Below, one piece after another: positions 1 through 10,236 of a DNA stretch of 64,000 nt. The notes below the pieces were generated by a model. It saw only the letters and a list, made by a program, of their open reading frames with translations, made no database searches and was not told the origin of the DNA. The DNA is from Nitrospirota bacterium (GTDB taxonomy: Bacteria; Nitrospirota; Nitrospiria; Nitrospirales; NS-4): contig CAWBGA010000017.1 in NCBI GenBank assembly GCA_963788195.1, positions 704,001 through 768,000 of the forward strand, in the 5' to 3' direction. Within the stretch, counting starts at the first letter, position 1; each line of letters begins with the position of its first letter. Made by a program: the position numbers and the translations under genes.

Positions 1-2688
1 TCGAGGTCGTCCTTGAACACCCGCGCCGCCGGACTGTTCTTGGCCTTCGGGTTCTTGGGATGCAACGGATTCACAGTGAGCGGCGACTCGAACGGTTCAT
101 AGTGCTCGGGAAACGGCCCGTCCCCCATCTTGTTCACGACGAAGAAGCGCCCCACGCCCTCCGAGTTCATGATGAACGGATTCATGCCGTCCGCGGGCGC
201 GGCATCTACCTTGAAGTCCGGCACGTCCGGGCCGGTCCATTTGGCTCCGTCCCAGCCGATCAGCTTACGCTTCGGGTCCCACGGCTTGCCGGAGGGATCG
301 CACGAGGCGCGGTTGTACTGGATGCGGCGGTTGGACGGCCACGCATATGCCCAGTTGAGGGTGTTGCCCAAACCGCTCGGGTCGGAATTGTCGCGCCGCG
401 CCATGAGGTTGCCCTTCTCTGGCCAGGCACCGGAAAAGATCCAGCAGCCGCAAGCGGTCTTGCCGTCGTCCGTGAGTTGCCCGAACCCGTCCAACTGCTC
501 ACCGGCCTTGCGCACCACCTTCTTCTCGTCCTTGGGGTCCATGAGGTCGGCGAGCGCTTTTCCGTTGAACTCGCGCGCCATCTCCTCGGGCGAAGGCGCA
601 GACGAGATCGCGTAATTCCAGGTGAGATTCAGGACCGGGTCAGGGAACGCGCCGCCCTCCTTCTGATAGAGCTCGCGCAGCTTCAGGAAAATGCCGGCCA
701 TGATCTCGATGTCCGACTTGGCCTCAGCCCGGCGGATCGGCGCCCTTCCAGTGCCACTGCAGCACGCGGCTGCTGCTCACCAACGAGCCGTCTTCCTCCG
801 CGAAGCAGGTGGACGGCAACCGGAACACCTCGGTCTGGATCTTGGCCGGATCGACATCGTTGTACTCGCCGTGGTTCTCCCAGAAGGTCGAGGTCTCGGT
901 CACCAGTGGATCGATCGTCACCAGATACTTGAGCTTGGTCAATGCCCTACCGACTTTGGCCTTGCACGGGAAAGCGGCAAGCGGGTTGAAGCCCTGACAG
1001 AAATACCCGTTCAGTTCGCCCTGATTCATGTCTTCGAACACCTGCAAGATGTCATGCGCCTTGTCGAGCTTCGGCAGGTAGTCGTAAGCGAAATTGTTGT
1101 CCTTATGCGCGGCGTCGCCATACCAGGCCTTCATCAAGCTCACGTGGAACTTGGCGTAGTTCTGCCAATACGAGAACTGACCCGGACGCAACGGCTTTTG
1201 CACGCGTTTCTCGATGTAGGCCTTGTAGTCGGTCTCCTTCTCGCGCGGCAGCGTCAGGTAACCGGGCAGCGCTTCGGACAACAATCCTAGGTCGGTCAGG
1301 CCCTGGATGTTGGAATGCCCGCGCAGTGCGTTCATGCCGCCGCCGACCATGCCGATATTGCCGAGCAGCAACTGCACCATGGCCGCGGTGCGGATCATCT
1401 GCGCTCCCACAGAGTGCTGTGTCCAGCCGAGCGCGTACAGGATGGTCAGGGTACGGTCCGGTGCCGAGGTCTCGGCGATCATCTCGCACACCTTGAGAAA
1501 CTGCTCCTTCGGCGTGCCGGTGATACTGCTCACGACCTCAGGCGTGTAACGAGCATAGTGCGTCTTCATCAGATTGAACACGCAGCGCGGGTTCGTGAGC
1601 GTCGGGTCGGTTTTGACATAGCCGTCAGCTCCTAACTCGTACATCCACGTGGTCTGGTCATACCTGCGTTTGGCTTCGTTGTACCCGGAGAACAGACCGT
1701 CTTCGAACGTGTAGTCGGCGCGCACGATGAAACCGACGTCGGTGTACGCCTTCACGTACTCGTGCTGGATCTTGTCGTTCGTGAGCAGGTAATTGATGAC
1801 GCCGCCCAGGAACGCGATGTCAGTCCCGGCGCGTATGGGGGCATAATAGTCGGCCACCGCTGCCGAACGCGTGAAGCGCGGATCGACCACGATCAGCTTG
1901 GCCTTGTTGTGTGCCTTGGCCTCCGTCACCCACTTGAAACCGCACGGGTGTGCTTCGGCGGCGTTGCCACCCATGACCAGAACCAGATTGGCATTCTTGA
2001 TGTCAACCCAGTGATTAGTCATCGCACCGCGGCCGAACGTCGGGGCAAGACTTGCCACCGTGGGGCCGTGTCAAACCCGCGCCTGATTATCGAATGCCAG
2101 CATCCCCAGACTGCGGACGACCTTGTGCGTGAAATAGCCGGACTCATTACTAGAGGCCGAGGCTGCGAGAAAGCCTGTGCTAAGCCACCGGTTGACCGTT
2201 GCGCCGTCGGCGTTCTTCGCGACGAAGTTTTGGTCGCGATCGTTCTTCATGAGGCGCGCGATACGGTCGAAGGCATCGTCCCATGAGATACGCACGAACT
2301 TGTCCGATCCGGGCGCGCGGTATTCCGGGTACTTGAGCCGGTTGGGGCTGTGCACGAAATCGAGCAGGCCAGCTCCCTTGGGGCAGAGCGTGCCCCGATT
2401 CACCGGGTGATCCGGATCGCCCTCAATATGAATGATGTCGGCCGGAGCATTCTTGGCCTTGTCACCAAGGCTGTACATTAGTATTCCGCAGCCGACCGAG
2501 CAGTACGGACAGGTGTTGCGTGTCTCGGTGGTGCGTGCCAGCTTGTACTCGCGTACCTCCGCCAGCACTTCGGTAGCCGAGAACCCCAGTATCGCGAGGC
2601 TCGATGCGCCGAGTCCGGCGGCACTGACTCCGGCGGCACTGGCTGCCCCGAATCGGAGGAACTGACGTCTGGTTACAGATAACATCAC
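1..2688 (-). CDS. fdnG: Formate dehydrogenase-N/O alpha subunit (Mo/W-bis-PGD, selenocysteine, Tat-exported); partial, continues past the left edge; one frameshift near 725
   Basis: Tat motif TRRQFLR; Fe-S motif CPYCSVGC...C; DNQARV-TGA(2071-2073)-HGPTVASLAPTFGRGAMTNHW in frame; ALRGHSNIQG. After WHWKGADPPG an extra T shifts the frame, which resumes EAKSDIEIMAGIFLKLRELY. AAGGAG precedes GTG/ATG at 2688/2685. Confidence 0.95.
2040..2073 (-). promoter_or_regulatory. Sec UGA codon and bacterial SECIS hairpin of fdnG
   Basis: Minus strand reads TGA CAC GGC CCC ACG GTG GCAAGTCTTGCC CCG. The GGCAA/TTGCC stem with a GTC loop lies just downstream of the UGA, as in E. coli fdnG/fdoG. Confidence 0.88.
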
Positions 2689-2789
2689 ATTTCTCCTTTC
2701 CATCGAAAAGCACCTCGTTAGTTCGCATAACTCAACAGTGAGGTCCGCATTATCCTTTGTCTGCCTGCACCATCATGCCGAAGGACGGC

Positions 2790-2936
2790 GCAAGAACTGT
2801 TCCGTGGCGAGGCTGGCCAAGCGGGAGAGCGTAAGTTATTGAGAGAACAGGAAGGAAACGATTGTGTGAGATGTAAAGGGCAAGAATAGGGAAGAGATGG
2901 CTGCCGAGATATGGGCTTTGTGCTGATATATGGGCT
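2790..2936 (-). promoter_or_regulatory. Sigma54 promoter + IHF-like site + tandem enhancer upstream of fdnG
   Basis: CGGAAC-AGTTC-TTGC (minus, 2790-2804); TAAGTTATTGAGA (2832-2844); tgccga-gata-tgggct (2902-2917) and tgctga-tata-tgggct (2921-2936). Confidence 0.8.
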
Positions 2937-3408
2937 CCGCCAGGGGGGCTTTCTTATTTCCATCGAAAAATACCTCCCATCATCTGTCCCAGGTCTTATC
3001 CCTCGCCGGGGACGCCTGGTATACTCATCTTCCTCCCTTGTTAAGAAATTCCGAGACAGGCGATGCGAGTGCCCGTTGGATATGATCTGACAGTCGCGGA
3101 CGGTTACCGGTTAGACAAGTCCGCGTGCGTGGGTCCGAAATATGGACTTCAGCGTACATCAGCCGATCTTCTCAAAATAATATTGCGCCTTTTCATCGTC
3201 GTCGGTCGCCCACAGAAGATGCAGAGGAGATCGCTTTTGTATCACGTACCTACCCTAACGAGCAGAAGTGCGGAAATGACCCAACTAATAGCTACTCCGC
3301 GCGGACAACCGGCACATCGACGAGGTGCTCCGCCAGGGTGCGTGCTGGTGCAGAATCGACCGGGCACTGTTGGTCTCCCGCGCGCTCTTGCTTACCGTCA
3401 CGTTGTGG

Positions 3409-4395
3409 TCAGGAGTCTTCGTGGTCATACTCTTCCTCCTTGTTGTGGCGATTTGTGGGTCGCACCTCATGCGGTTTTGCGAACACCCCCTCAGGGACTG
3501 GGAGGCGGGCCAGGGGCTTCCCAGGACATCCGACCTCACGTTCGATCATCGCTTCTAGCACGACCTCCAGCCCAACGCGTCCTTTCTGCGTGCCGGCTCT
3601 CCCCCGCTCGAAGTCGATCCAGCCTTCGTTAAAGCCGTCGAGCATCTGAATGCGTGGAATAGGGTTTTTCATGCCCTGCGATTTGAAGAGCCGCTCCCAA
3701 GACTCGCGCGGCACGGCTTCCGCCCGAACTGGACGACCAAGGAGGTTTGCAAAAGTGGCGGCGATGTCGTTCGGCGTCACTCGTTGCGGTCCCTCGAGTT
3801 CGACAATGCGACGACCAGTCCACGTTTCCTGAAGCAGCCCAGCTGCCACTCTCCCAATGTCCTCCGTGGCTACCATCGGCACGGGCTTGTCGAGCGGTTG
3901 GAGGAAGCTCGGAATCAAGCCCTTGCCGCGGGCCTGCATCACGTCCCAGCGAGAGTTCTCCATGAACCACGCCGGACGCAGGAACGTCATTGGCATCGGC
4001 AATTGGCCGATTGCTCGCTCGATAATCGTGTGCTGGGTTAGCAAATTCGACTGGCTTACCTGCGCCCCAATCGTGGATAGGTAAACGACCCTGGCCGGAT
4101 GCGTTGCCGCCAGTGCGGCCGTCAGGATGACGGCCACTGCCCGCGCCTCAGAAAACCCGGGCGACGGGTCAAAGTTCGGTGGGACTAACACAAAGACGCC
4201 TTCGGCTCCCCGGAACGCGGCCGTCAGGGACGTTGCGTCCTCAACATCCGCCAGCGCGACTTCACAGCCACGATCCGCCCATGCTTGACCCTTGCCCGCG
4301 TCCCGCACGACGGCGCGCACCGGCTGCGTCGCGGCCAAAAGGGTACGTCCGACGGCGCCTCCGACCTGACCGGTGATTCCCATGATTGCGTACAT
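3409..4395 (-). CDS. NmrA-family NAD(P)-binding atypical SDR
   Basis: N-terminal MYAIMGITGQVGG Rossmann motif; LRPAWFMEN; VATEDIG. The C-terminal ~35 aa may be read-through. Confidence 0.85.
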   Translation of the reverse strand: MYAIMGITGQVGGAVGRTLLAATQPVRAVVRDAGKGQAWADRGCEVALADVEDATSLTAAFRGAEGVFVLVPPNFDPSPGFSEARAVAVILTAALAATHPARVVYLSTIGAQVSQSNLLTQHTIIERAIGQLPMPMTFLRPAWFMENSRWDVMQARGKGLIPSFLQPLDKPVPMVATEDIGRVAAGLLQETWTGRRIVELEGPQRVTPNDIAATFANLLGRPVRAEAVPRESWERLFKSQGMKNPIPRIQMLDGFNEGWIDFERGRAGTQKGRVGLEVVLEAMIEREVGCPGKPLARLPVPEGVFAKPHEVRPTNRHNKEEEYDHEDS

Positions 4396-4438
4396 GACCG
4401 GGATTCCTTTGCCTCATATCTGAATTCCCTGGACCGGC

Positions 4439-5287
4439 TCAGGGCATCTGCTCGATGCCTTGTTCGCGCAACTTCTCTCGGTCTCGCACTGGCTCAAGGT
4501 GACGCACCTGGATGACATTGATCACCTTCTCGACACCTGGAACGGCTTCAGCGGCTTTCTCGGCCTCTTTCTTTTGAAGGGACCGTTCTACTGAACCACT
4601 CAGGGTGGCCACCTGATTCTTCACCTGAACCTTCAGCCTGTTCATCTGCTGACGTAAGGCATCGACGCCCCACAAGTTTTGCCAGATTGCCCTCTGCAAT
4701 CCGTGATCTTTCGTGTATGGCCCTGGCTCAACGATGATGCTATCCGTAACACTAACCACGCCGGGGACCGTGGTCGCAATCAGACTGGCCAAGCCTTTCT
4801 GATCATTGGTTTGGACTTCTCCGTAGAGTGTCACCTCGCCCCTGTTCACTCGGACGCCAAGCACCTCCCAATCAATCCGCCGATCTGTTCGGAGCCGTTC
4901 CTCGATGCGGGATCTGAGGTTTTCGTCGGCTTCGGATTGATCAGCGTTCGACTCTATCGCTTTTGTGGGCGAAGGCTGGGAAGCACCCTCGTTGCGGGAA
5001 CTATTCAGCTTGGTGATCGCCATGGCGATGCCATTGGCGGCTATTTCCGCTTCGATCTGATCGCCGACGAGTGGGGCGGGGTTCATCTTGGTCTCCTCGC
5101 TCACTTCGATATGAACATCTCTACCATTCGCATCCCTGACCAGAAAGCCTCCGACTTGATATTTCAACAGCTCACCGATCACGGTGTGAATGCCATCTTG
5201 CGCAAAGACACACGCGCCGATGACGAGCACTCCAAGGACCATTCCTAACGCATTCGAACCAAGCATCTTAAGATGAGACATAACCAT
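4439..5287 (-). CDS. Secreted BON-domain (OsmY-like) protein with two BON domains
   Basis: Signal peptide; two repeats of the GEVTLYGEV...A..VPGVVSV / VATLSGSV...AEAVPGVEKVIN pattern. Confidence 0.8.
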   Translation of the reverse strand: MVMSHLKMLGSNALGMVLGVLVIGACVFAQDGIHTVIGELLKYQVGGFLVRDANGRDVHIEVSEETKMNPAPLVGDQIEAEIAANGIAMAITKLNSSRNEGASQPSPTKAIESNADQSEADENLRSRIEERLRTDRRIDWEVLGVRVNRGEVTLYGEVQTNDQKGLASLIATTVPGVVSVTDSIIVEPGPYTKDHGLQRAIWQNLWGVDALRQQMNRLKVQVKNQVATLSGSVERSLQKKEAEKAAEAVPGVEKVINVIQVRHLEPVRDREKLREQGIEQMP

Positions 5288-5575
5288 CTCCCTTCAATCA
5301 TTGCCACCACTTCTCAGCCTTAGCGCTCCCTGTGAACTTCCGCTAAGCCCTGTGTTCGGCCTTCGTGCCGAACAGCGGGCTGAAGGGTCCGCAATTCGCA
5401 AGATGTCAGCGCTTTACCGAGAGCTGACCTCCAATATGTCCAGGGTGTAACTGGCAATAATACCGAAACACGCTCTGATCGGTGCCGGTGGGGACGATAT
5501 GGCAATCTTCGGGGATTGCCCAGTCCATCATGGAATTTAGCAACCCCCCTTTGATAAATCACGGCTTCGGCACCA

Positions 5576-6289
5576 TCAGCTTCCAAGAGCCTTGCCAAGT
5601 TCGTACATGAGACCGTTCACGGCATCCTCAAGGGCGACTGCCTGCACCGCTCCAGGGGGAAATGTTGCTCCGTCCGGGTAGATGAAATTGCTGGTGCGTC
5701 CCGGCGAAATAAGCGGGTAGAAAGGTCGGGCGTCCTCGTAGTCAGGAGCCAAAAGCTGCGCCTCTCCGTTCGCCACGACAAAAAACAGACTCTTTCCGCT
5801 GGCCAGGTCGAGACCCACCAAAGAGACCGTCATGAAAATTTTCGTGCGAGTGCTGACCGCACTCCCACCCCGGCCATAAAAGAGCCGCTGAGGACTCACC
5901 ACTTCGATACCATTTGGCATGACGACCAGCACCTGTGAGACGTTCAGCGGAGCGCTTGCCTTGCGAATATCGCTCAGCAGGTCCCCGCTGGAAACCGGAA
6001 GGATGGTCGCGCCAATAATTTCCAGTCGCTTTCCGTCCGTGAACTGAGCTTTGATCTTCTCAGCTAATTTGCCCTGCGCTTCCTGCGAAGGGACTGCTGA
6101 TCCAGCTGGCACAAGCCAGACCAGGCCGAACTTCGCTGGCTGAGCAAGCGTGATGTTCTGCAATGGCTTGGCACCGGCGAGGAAGGGGTTGGCCGGGGGC
6201 GGGTAGGTCTCAGGCACGCCGGCGCAGGCTGAGATGAAGATCGCAAGTGGAACTGCCGCGAGCAGAGATTTGATCGTCGTGCTGTTCAT
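5576..6289 (-). CDS. Hypothetical lipoprotein
   Basis: AGGAG RBS; MNSTTIKSLLAAVPLAIFISAC lipobox; ~237 aa open frame. Confidence 0.7.
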   Translation of the reverse strand: MNSTTIKSLLAAVPLAIFISACAGVPETYPPPANPFLAGAKPLQNITLAQPAKFGLVWLVPAGSAVPSQEAQGKLAEKIKAQFTDGKRLEIIGATILPVSSGDLLSDIRKASAPLNVSQVLVVMPNGIEVVSPQRLFYGRGGSAVSTRTKIFMTVSLVGLDLASGKSLFFVVANGEAQLLAPDYEDARPFYPLISPGRTSNFIYPDGATFPPGAVQAVALEDAVNGLMYELGKALGS

Positions 6290-6345
6290 GGCAAGAACTC
6301 CTTCTTGTGAGGAGATGTGATGCACATCGAATACCTCAAGCTATC

Positions 6346-6504
6346 GCAATCCCCGTTCCACACACACTCCCGACACGCTGAGAGCCATGAAGTCGCGGAA
6401 ACTCAGAGGGATTTATCGCAGGTGGGTCATCGATTCCGTTCTAAAAGAAGGGACGTTCCGAGGATATCGCGCCCAAATACTGGCACTATGCCCGTACATC
6501 GGCA
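6346..6504 (-). promoter_or_regulatory. Sigma54 promoter + tandem enhancer upstream of the lipoprotein/BON/NmrA genes
   Basis: TGGAAC-GGGGA-TTGC (minus, 6346-6360); cgccca-aata-ctggca (6470-6485) and tgcccg-taca-tcggca (6489-6504). Confidence 0.7.
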
Positions 6505-6615
6505 GACGACGACGATGCGGAGGAAGAGCTGTTTAGAAGAGGGAAAATTTGAAATAGCGGGGAGTTCTAGTTGGAGTGTGCTTACGGCTCACTCACAGTT
6601 CTGGATGTGCCGCCT

Positions 6616-7104
6616 TCATCTCCGCTGACCGTCGGGTTTCAGAGACTTCACATGCCTGGCCCGTTGTTCTTTGGTCATTTTGTCGAGCCAGGCTTTATCC
6701 AACTTGCAAACTCCATTTTGTACCTTCTCAGCGATCGTCGTGTGCAGGACATCGATTCGTCTCAATTTGGCTTCGAAAGATTTGGCCATGTCATCGAACA
6801 TCTGCAGATCCCTGATAGTCCTTGTCTCAGTGCCCCGCGCAGCCATAGCTTTGTCCGTCCCTTCGATATAACCCAACAGTGTTTTTTCCAGACTCTTTAC
6901 GTCCTCCTCTAAGACGACCTCAGCCGCGCCCAATTTGTTTAGGATAGATTCCATATCACTCAGCCTCATTTCATTCTCCAGCATCAACATTTTCACGGCT
7001 GGACTGGCTTTTGTACCGGGCCCTTCTCGTTGAGCAAGAGCAGGAGAACCCACCAGTGCCGTGCACACAACGAGTAGGCAGGAAAGTGTTACCGATCCCT
7101 TCAT
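6616..7104 (-). CDS. Secreted helical hypothetical protein downstream of the oxidase
   Basis: MKGSVTLSCLLVVCTALVGSPALA signal peptide; charged, coiled-coil-like mature region. Confidence 0.6.
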   Translation of the reverse strand: MKGSVTLSCLLVVCTALVGSPALAQREGPGTKASPAVKMLMLENEMRLSDMESILNKLGAAEVVLEEDVKSLEKTLLGYIEGTDKAMAARGTETRTIRDLQMFDDMAKSFEAKLRRIDVLHTTIAEKVQNGVCKLDKAWLDKMTKEQRARHVKSLKPDGQRR

Positions 7105-7114
7105 AATTTCACCG

Positions 7115-7249
7115 CTAGAATTCAACGAGGTAGTACACGCTCCATATGACTAAGCCGAGGGCCACGAGCTTGAGCCAAAAGGGAACAGCACCGTGCCGTT
7201 CCCGGATTCCCGACTCCTTGTAGAGGTACTCCTCCTGTTTTTCGGCCAT
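7115..7249 (-). CDS. 44-aa single-TM peptide resembling the CcoP/FixP N-terminal domain (absent from the ORF track)
   Basis: MAEKQEEYLYKESGIRERHGAVPFWLKLVALGLVIWSVYYLVEF*. The ATG directly follows the TGA of the ccoNO fusion with a GGAGG RBS. GIxE..xPxW plus a TM helix matches the FixP_N pattern. Confidence 0.75.
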   Translation of the reverse strand: MAEKQEEYLYKESGIRERHGAVPFWLKLVALGLVIWSVYYLVEF

Positions 7250-10132
7250 TCACCTGCCTCCCGATCTTTCTGTTAGAGCCACTTGGCTCCCTTGTGGTTT
7301 GTAAACGAGTTGCTTGTCGATTTGACCAGCGCGCGCGGCAGCTGAAAGAGATGCCCAAATCTTTGACCGTGCTTCCTGCTCGGCGGATTTCTCCAATCCC
7401 GCTGCCATCAACTCCGCCACATGCGCGTCGACCCGCAGCGATTGCACATAATGCACCACATCCCAGGCCTCCTCCGGTTTCAGTTGTGCCTGAAAGGGAG
7501 GCATCGGAGTGCCGCCGACACCGGTCATAATCGTTTTGAAAATATGCTCGCCATCATGTCCGAGCTTGACCCCTCCGTGCTCACCGGCCGGCAAAGTCAA
7601 GTTGGCTGCGCGATCGGGACGACCCCATGTATCCATGAGCCCGGCCGCCAAGATTCCATCGCCTTTCCCCTCGGGGCCATGGCACATGAAGCAGATCGCT
7701 TTGCCATGGAAGATCGTCTTGCCATTTTCGACGGACGCCTGTGTCATTGGCGTTTCGGGGAGGATCACGATCGACTGCCCCACAGGCTCCTTCTGCCAAC
7801 GGTCCGAGAAGACTTTGATGTACTGGATGACGGCGGCGCGTTCTCGTCCGGAGATTTCCGCCCAGGTCGGCATCGCAGTACCCCAGAGTCCATGCGTGAC
7901 CGTGATGAACAAATCTGCGTCAGTCGGCAGCGAGTCTTTGCCTGGTGTGGATCTGAACTTGAAGATGCCTTTAGTAAAATCCCGCGGTCGCGGATCTAGA
8001 AACTCAGCGGACGGTCCTTTCCCGTCACCCTTGGCGCTGTGGCATCCCACGCATCGTCGCTCATATACCGACTTCCCGAGTACCAACAGTTCATCTCGAG
8101 TCTCAGGACTGAGGTTTAACGCCTCCCCGGCGGATAGTCGGGTTGAGACAAACCCTTCTCGCCAGTCGCCGATGCCGGTCCCCAGCCGTTGGATGTAGGC
8201 AATGAGAGCTTGTCCGTCCTCGTTCAGCGTCGGCTGGTCCTTCCCTGTGACGGGAGCGAAGAGCCACGGGAACCGAGGCATGATCGAGTCAGGCACGACA
8301 TTGCGCGGCTCCCAGTGATGCGCAGCATGCCAGCCGTCATCGTACTTGCGGCCCACACGGGTCAGGTCCGGCCCGATCCGCCGGGTGCTGAAGAGGTGAG
8401 GCCGATCGTAGGCGTATTCCCCGGTCTGGGACACCGGCCCCCACCGAAGTGTTTCCCCTGTGACAGGCCGGACATACTGCGAATGGCAATACCAGCATCC
8501 CTCCCGGATATAGACCTGCCGTCCGCGACGCTCCAAAGGCGTGTAGTCCGCAACCTGGACCTGTTTCTGCGTCACGACATCATTGACCGTCGTCACACGG
8601 GTGTTCGGTGATAGAAATGGAATGATGCCCTGAACAAGGACAGCAAGCGTGAAAAAGCCGAAGCCCGACACAAGTGCGACCGTGGAAGGATTTTCGATCC
8701 ACCCCTGTTTCGGAACACTGAGGAGCGCTTTGTCTTCGATTGGAGGAAGCTCAGAGACCTCTTTCTCCAACGGAAGCCCCTCGCGCGCGGTCATATAACA
8801 GTTGACCAGGAAAAGAAAAATGGCGATGTCCATTGTCGTGCCGGCAAGCGTGCGCACCACCCACCACGGCTTCATTTCTTTCACGGTATCCACAAAGTTG
8901 ACGCCGTATTCCAGCATCGAGCCCTGGATGAAGCCTTGGGCGGTCAGTCCTATCACCATGATGCTGAACCCGGAAATGGTGAGCCATAAATGCCAACTGG
9001 CGAGCCGGTTGCTCCAGAGCTGACGGCCCGTGACACGCGGCCAGACATAGTAGATCCCGCCGACTGCCCAGATGACCATGGCCCCAAAGACTGTGAGGTG
9101 AGAGTGGGCAATTACAAAGTCGTTGAAATGCGTGAGTTGCTGAAGCCGCAGCAGCGCCTCTGTAGATCCCTGAAAACACCCGATCAGATAATAGACCGCG
9201 CCGAGAAGCAGAAACTTGGCAGCGTAGCTATCGGCATCCACACCGCCCAGGATCTGGCCCCACCGGCCTAAGACAGTCCCGAAGAAATTCACCGTGACGG
9301 CCCAGACTGGAATGATCAACAGCATGCTCGTGACGATGGCAATTGCCTGGTGCATGTGGGGAATCGGACTGTAGAGATAATGATGGATTCCCACGAACGG
9401 GTAGAAAAAGGCCAGCGTCCAGAACCCGAGTAGCGACAACCGGTGGCTATGGAGGATGTTCTTGGTGCTCGAAGGCAGAAAATAATAGATCAGCGCCAGG
9501 CCCGCCGGCGTGAGCCACAACCCGACGATGTAATGGATGTAAAGGCCGTGCAGCGCCGCGCTGTTGACCCCGGTCACTCGTTCCGCATAGGGCAGCACCA
9601 GCCCGCCCAGGACGAGATTCATCAACGTCCAGATCATCGCGGCCACTGTGTACCACATGGCCACATAGAACCGCCGCTCTTTGCGCCGCCAGATGGTGCC
9701 GAGAACCTGGACTGTGACCAATCCCAACACAAAAAATCGTAGAAGATTCAAGGGCAACTCAAACTCTCCCGCTTCCAATGCTGCGTTGTGTCCCATCATC
9801 AAGGAGATCGCGCCGATCACCAGGAAGCCGTTCCACAGCCATAGCAGCCACCACCCCCACTCCTCTTTGAACATCCGAACGCCGCAGAGCCGGGGCACGT
9901 AGTAGTACAACAAGCCCAGAAAGTTGGTGGAGAAGGCGCCAAAGATCACCCCGTTTACGTGAATGGGACGCAGCCGCCCAAAGGTCAGCCACGACGTACT
10001 ACCCAAAAATTCGGGGTTGTGAAACTTGGTCGAAACGAGCACTCCAAAGAGGGGAAACACCGTAAGCCAAAGCAGACCCCATGTGAGCCATGCCTTGATT
10101 AACGGTCGGTTGATGAGTTCCTCATCCGCCAT
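7250..10132 (-). CDS. ccoNO: Fused cbb3-type (C-family) heme-copper oxidase: CcoN + CcoO + two extra cytochrome c domains
   Basis: FGRLRPIHVNGVIFG, YIHYIVG, FFYPFVGIHH and IAHSH in the membrane domain; REGCWYCHSQYVRP, RIGPDL and SIMPRFP (CcoO); further CVGCH and CFMCH with downstream MP axial Met motifs. Confidence 0.9.
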   Translation of the reverse strand: MADEELINRPLIKAWLTWGLLWLTVFPLFGVLVSTKFHNPEFLGSTSWLTFGRLRPIHVNGVIFGAFSTNFLGLLYYYVPRLCGVRMFKEEWGWWLLWLWNGFLVIGAISLMMGHNAALEAGEFELPLNLLRFFVLGLVTVQVLGTIWRRKERRFYVAMWYTVAAMIWTLMNLVLGGLVLPYAERVTGVNSAALHGLYIHYIVGLWLTPAGLALIYYFLPSSTKNILHSHRLSLLGFWTLAFFYPFVGIHHYLYSPIPHMHQAIAIVTSMLLIIPVWAVTVNFFGTVLGRWGQILGGVDADSYAAKFLLLGAVYYLIGCFQGSTEALLRLQQLTHFNDFVIAHSHLTVFGAMVIWAVGGIYYVWPRVTGRQLWSNRLASWHLWLTISGFSIMVIGLTAQGFIQGSMLEYGVNFVDTVKEMKPWWVVRTLAGTTMDIAIFLFLVNCYMTAREGLPLEKEVSELPPIEDKALLSVPKQGWIENPSTVALVSGFGFFTLAVLVQGIIPFLSPNTRVTTVNDVVTQKQVQVADYTPLERRGRQVYIREGCWYCHSQYVRPVTGETLRWGPVSQTGEYAYDRPHLFSTRRIGPDLTRVGRKYDDGWHAAHHWEPRNVVPDSIMPRFPWLFAPVTGKDQPTLNEDGQALIAYIQRLGTGIGDWREGFVSTRLSAGEALNLSPETRDELLVLGKSVYERRCVGCHSAKGDGKGPSAEFLDPRPRDFTKGIFKFRSTPGKDSLPTDADLFITVTHGLWGTAMPTWAEISGRERAAVIQYIKVFSDRWQKEPVGQSIVILPETPMTQASVENGKTIFHGKAICFMCHGPEGKGDGILAAGLMDTWGRPDRAANLTLPAGEHGGVKLGHDGEHIFKTIMTGVGGTPMPPFQAQLKPEEAWDVVHYVQSLRVDAHVAELMAAGLEKSAEQEARSKIWASLSAAARAGQIDKQLVYKPQGSQVALTERSGGR

Positions 10133-10236
10133 CTTCTGCTTCCCGACCAGCTGGAGTGATTGCCGGACCTTAAACCACCCCCCATGAAACTGCAACGCTA
10201 CTTAGGACCGAGGTGGCCGTGCAGCAGGAGGAGCTG

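Noticed and set aside
724..726. Second TGA in fdnG as another selenocysteine
   Set aside because: The FdnG-like sequence resumes in a different frame (extra T in GGC-T-GAG), so it is an indel and not in-frame recoding.
60..2665. Long plus-strand ORFs (e.g. 60-932, 691-1290, 1762-2286)
   Set aside because: Antisense shadows of GC-rich fdnG. The same applies to most plus-strand ORFs opposite real genes throughout the window.
2718..2963. 81-aa ORF upstream of fdnG
   Set aside because: It overlaps the sigma54/IHF/enhancer elements and has no protein-like features.
3000..3430. Possible small gene starting MTTKTPDH (strong RBS at ~3435) and overlapping ORFs
   Set aside because: No recognisable family or consistent frame; probably degraded sequence.
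7250..10132. Nitric oxide reductase instead of an oxidase
   Set aside because: It lacks the HLWVEG Glu motif of c/qNOR, retains the helix VII Tyr before the HH pair, and has a CcoO domain.
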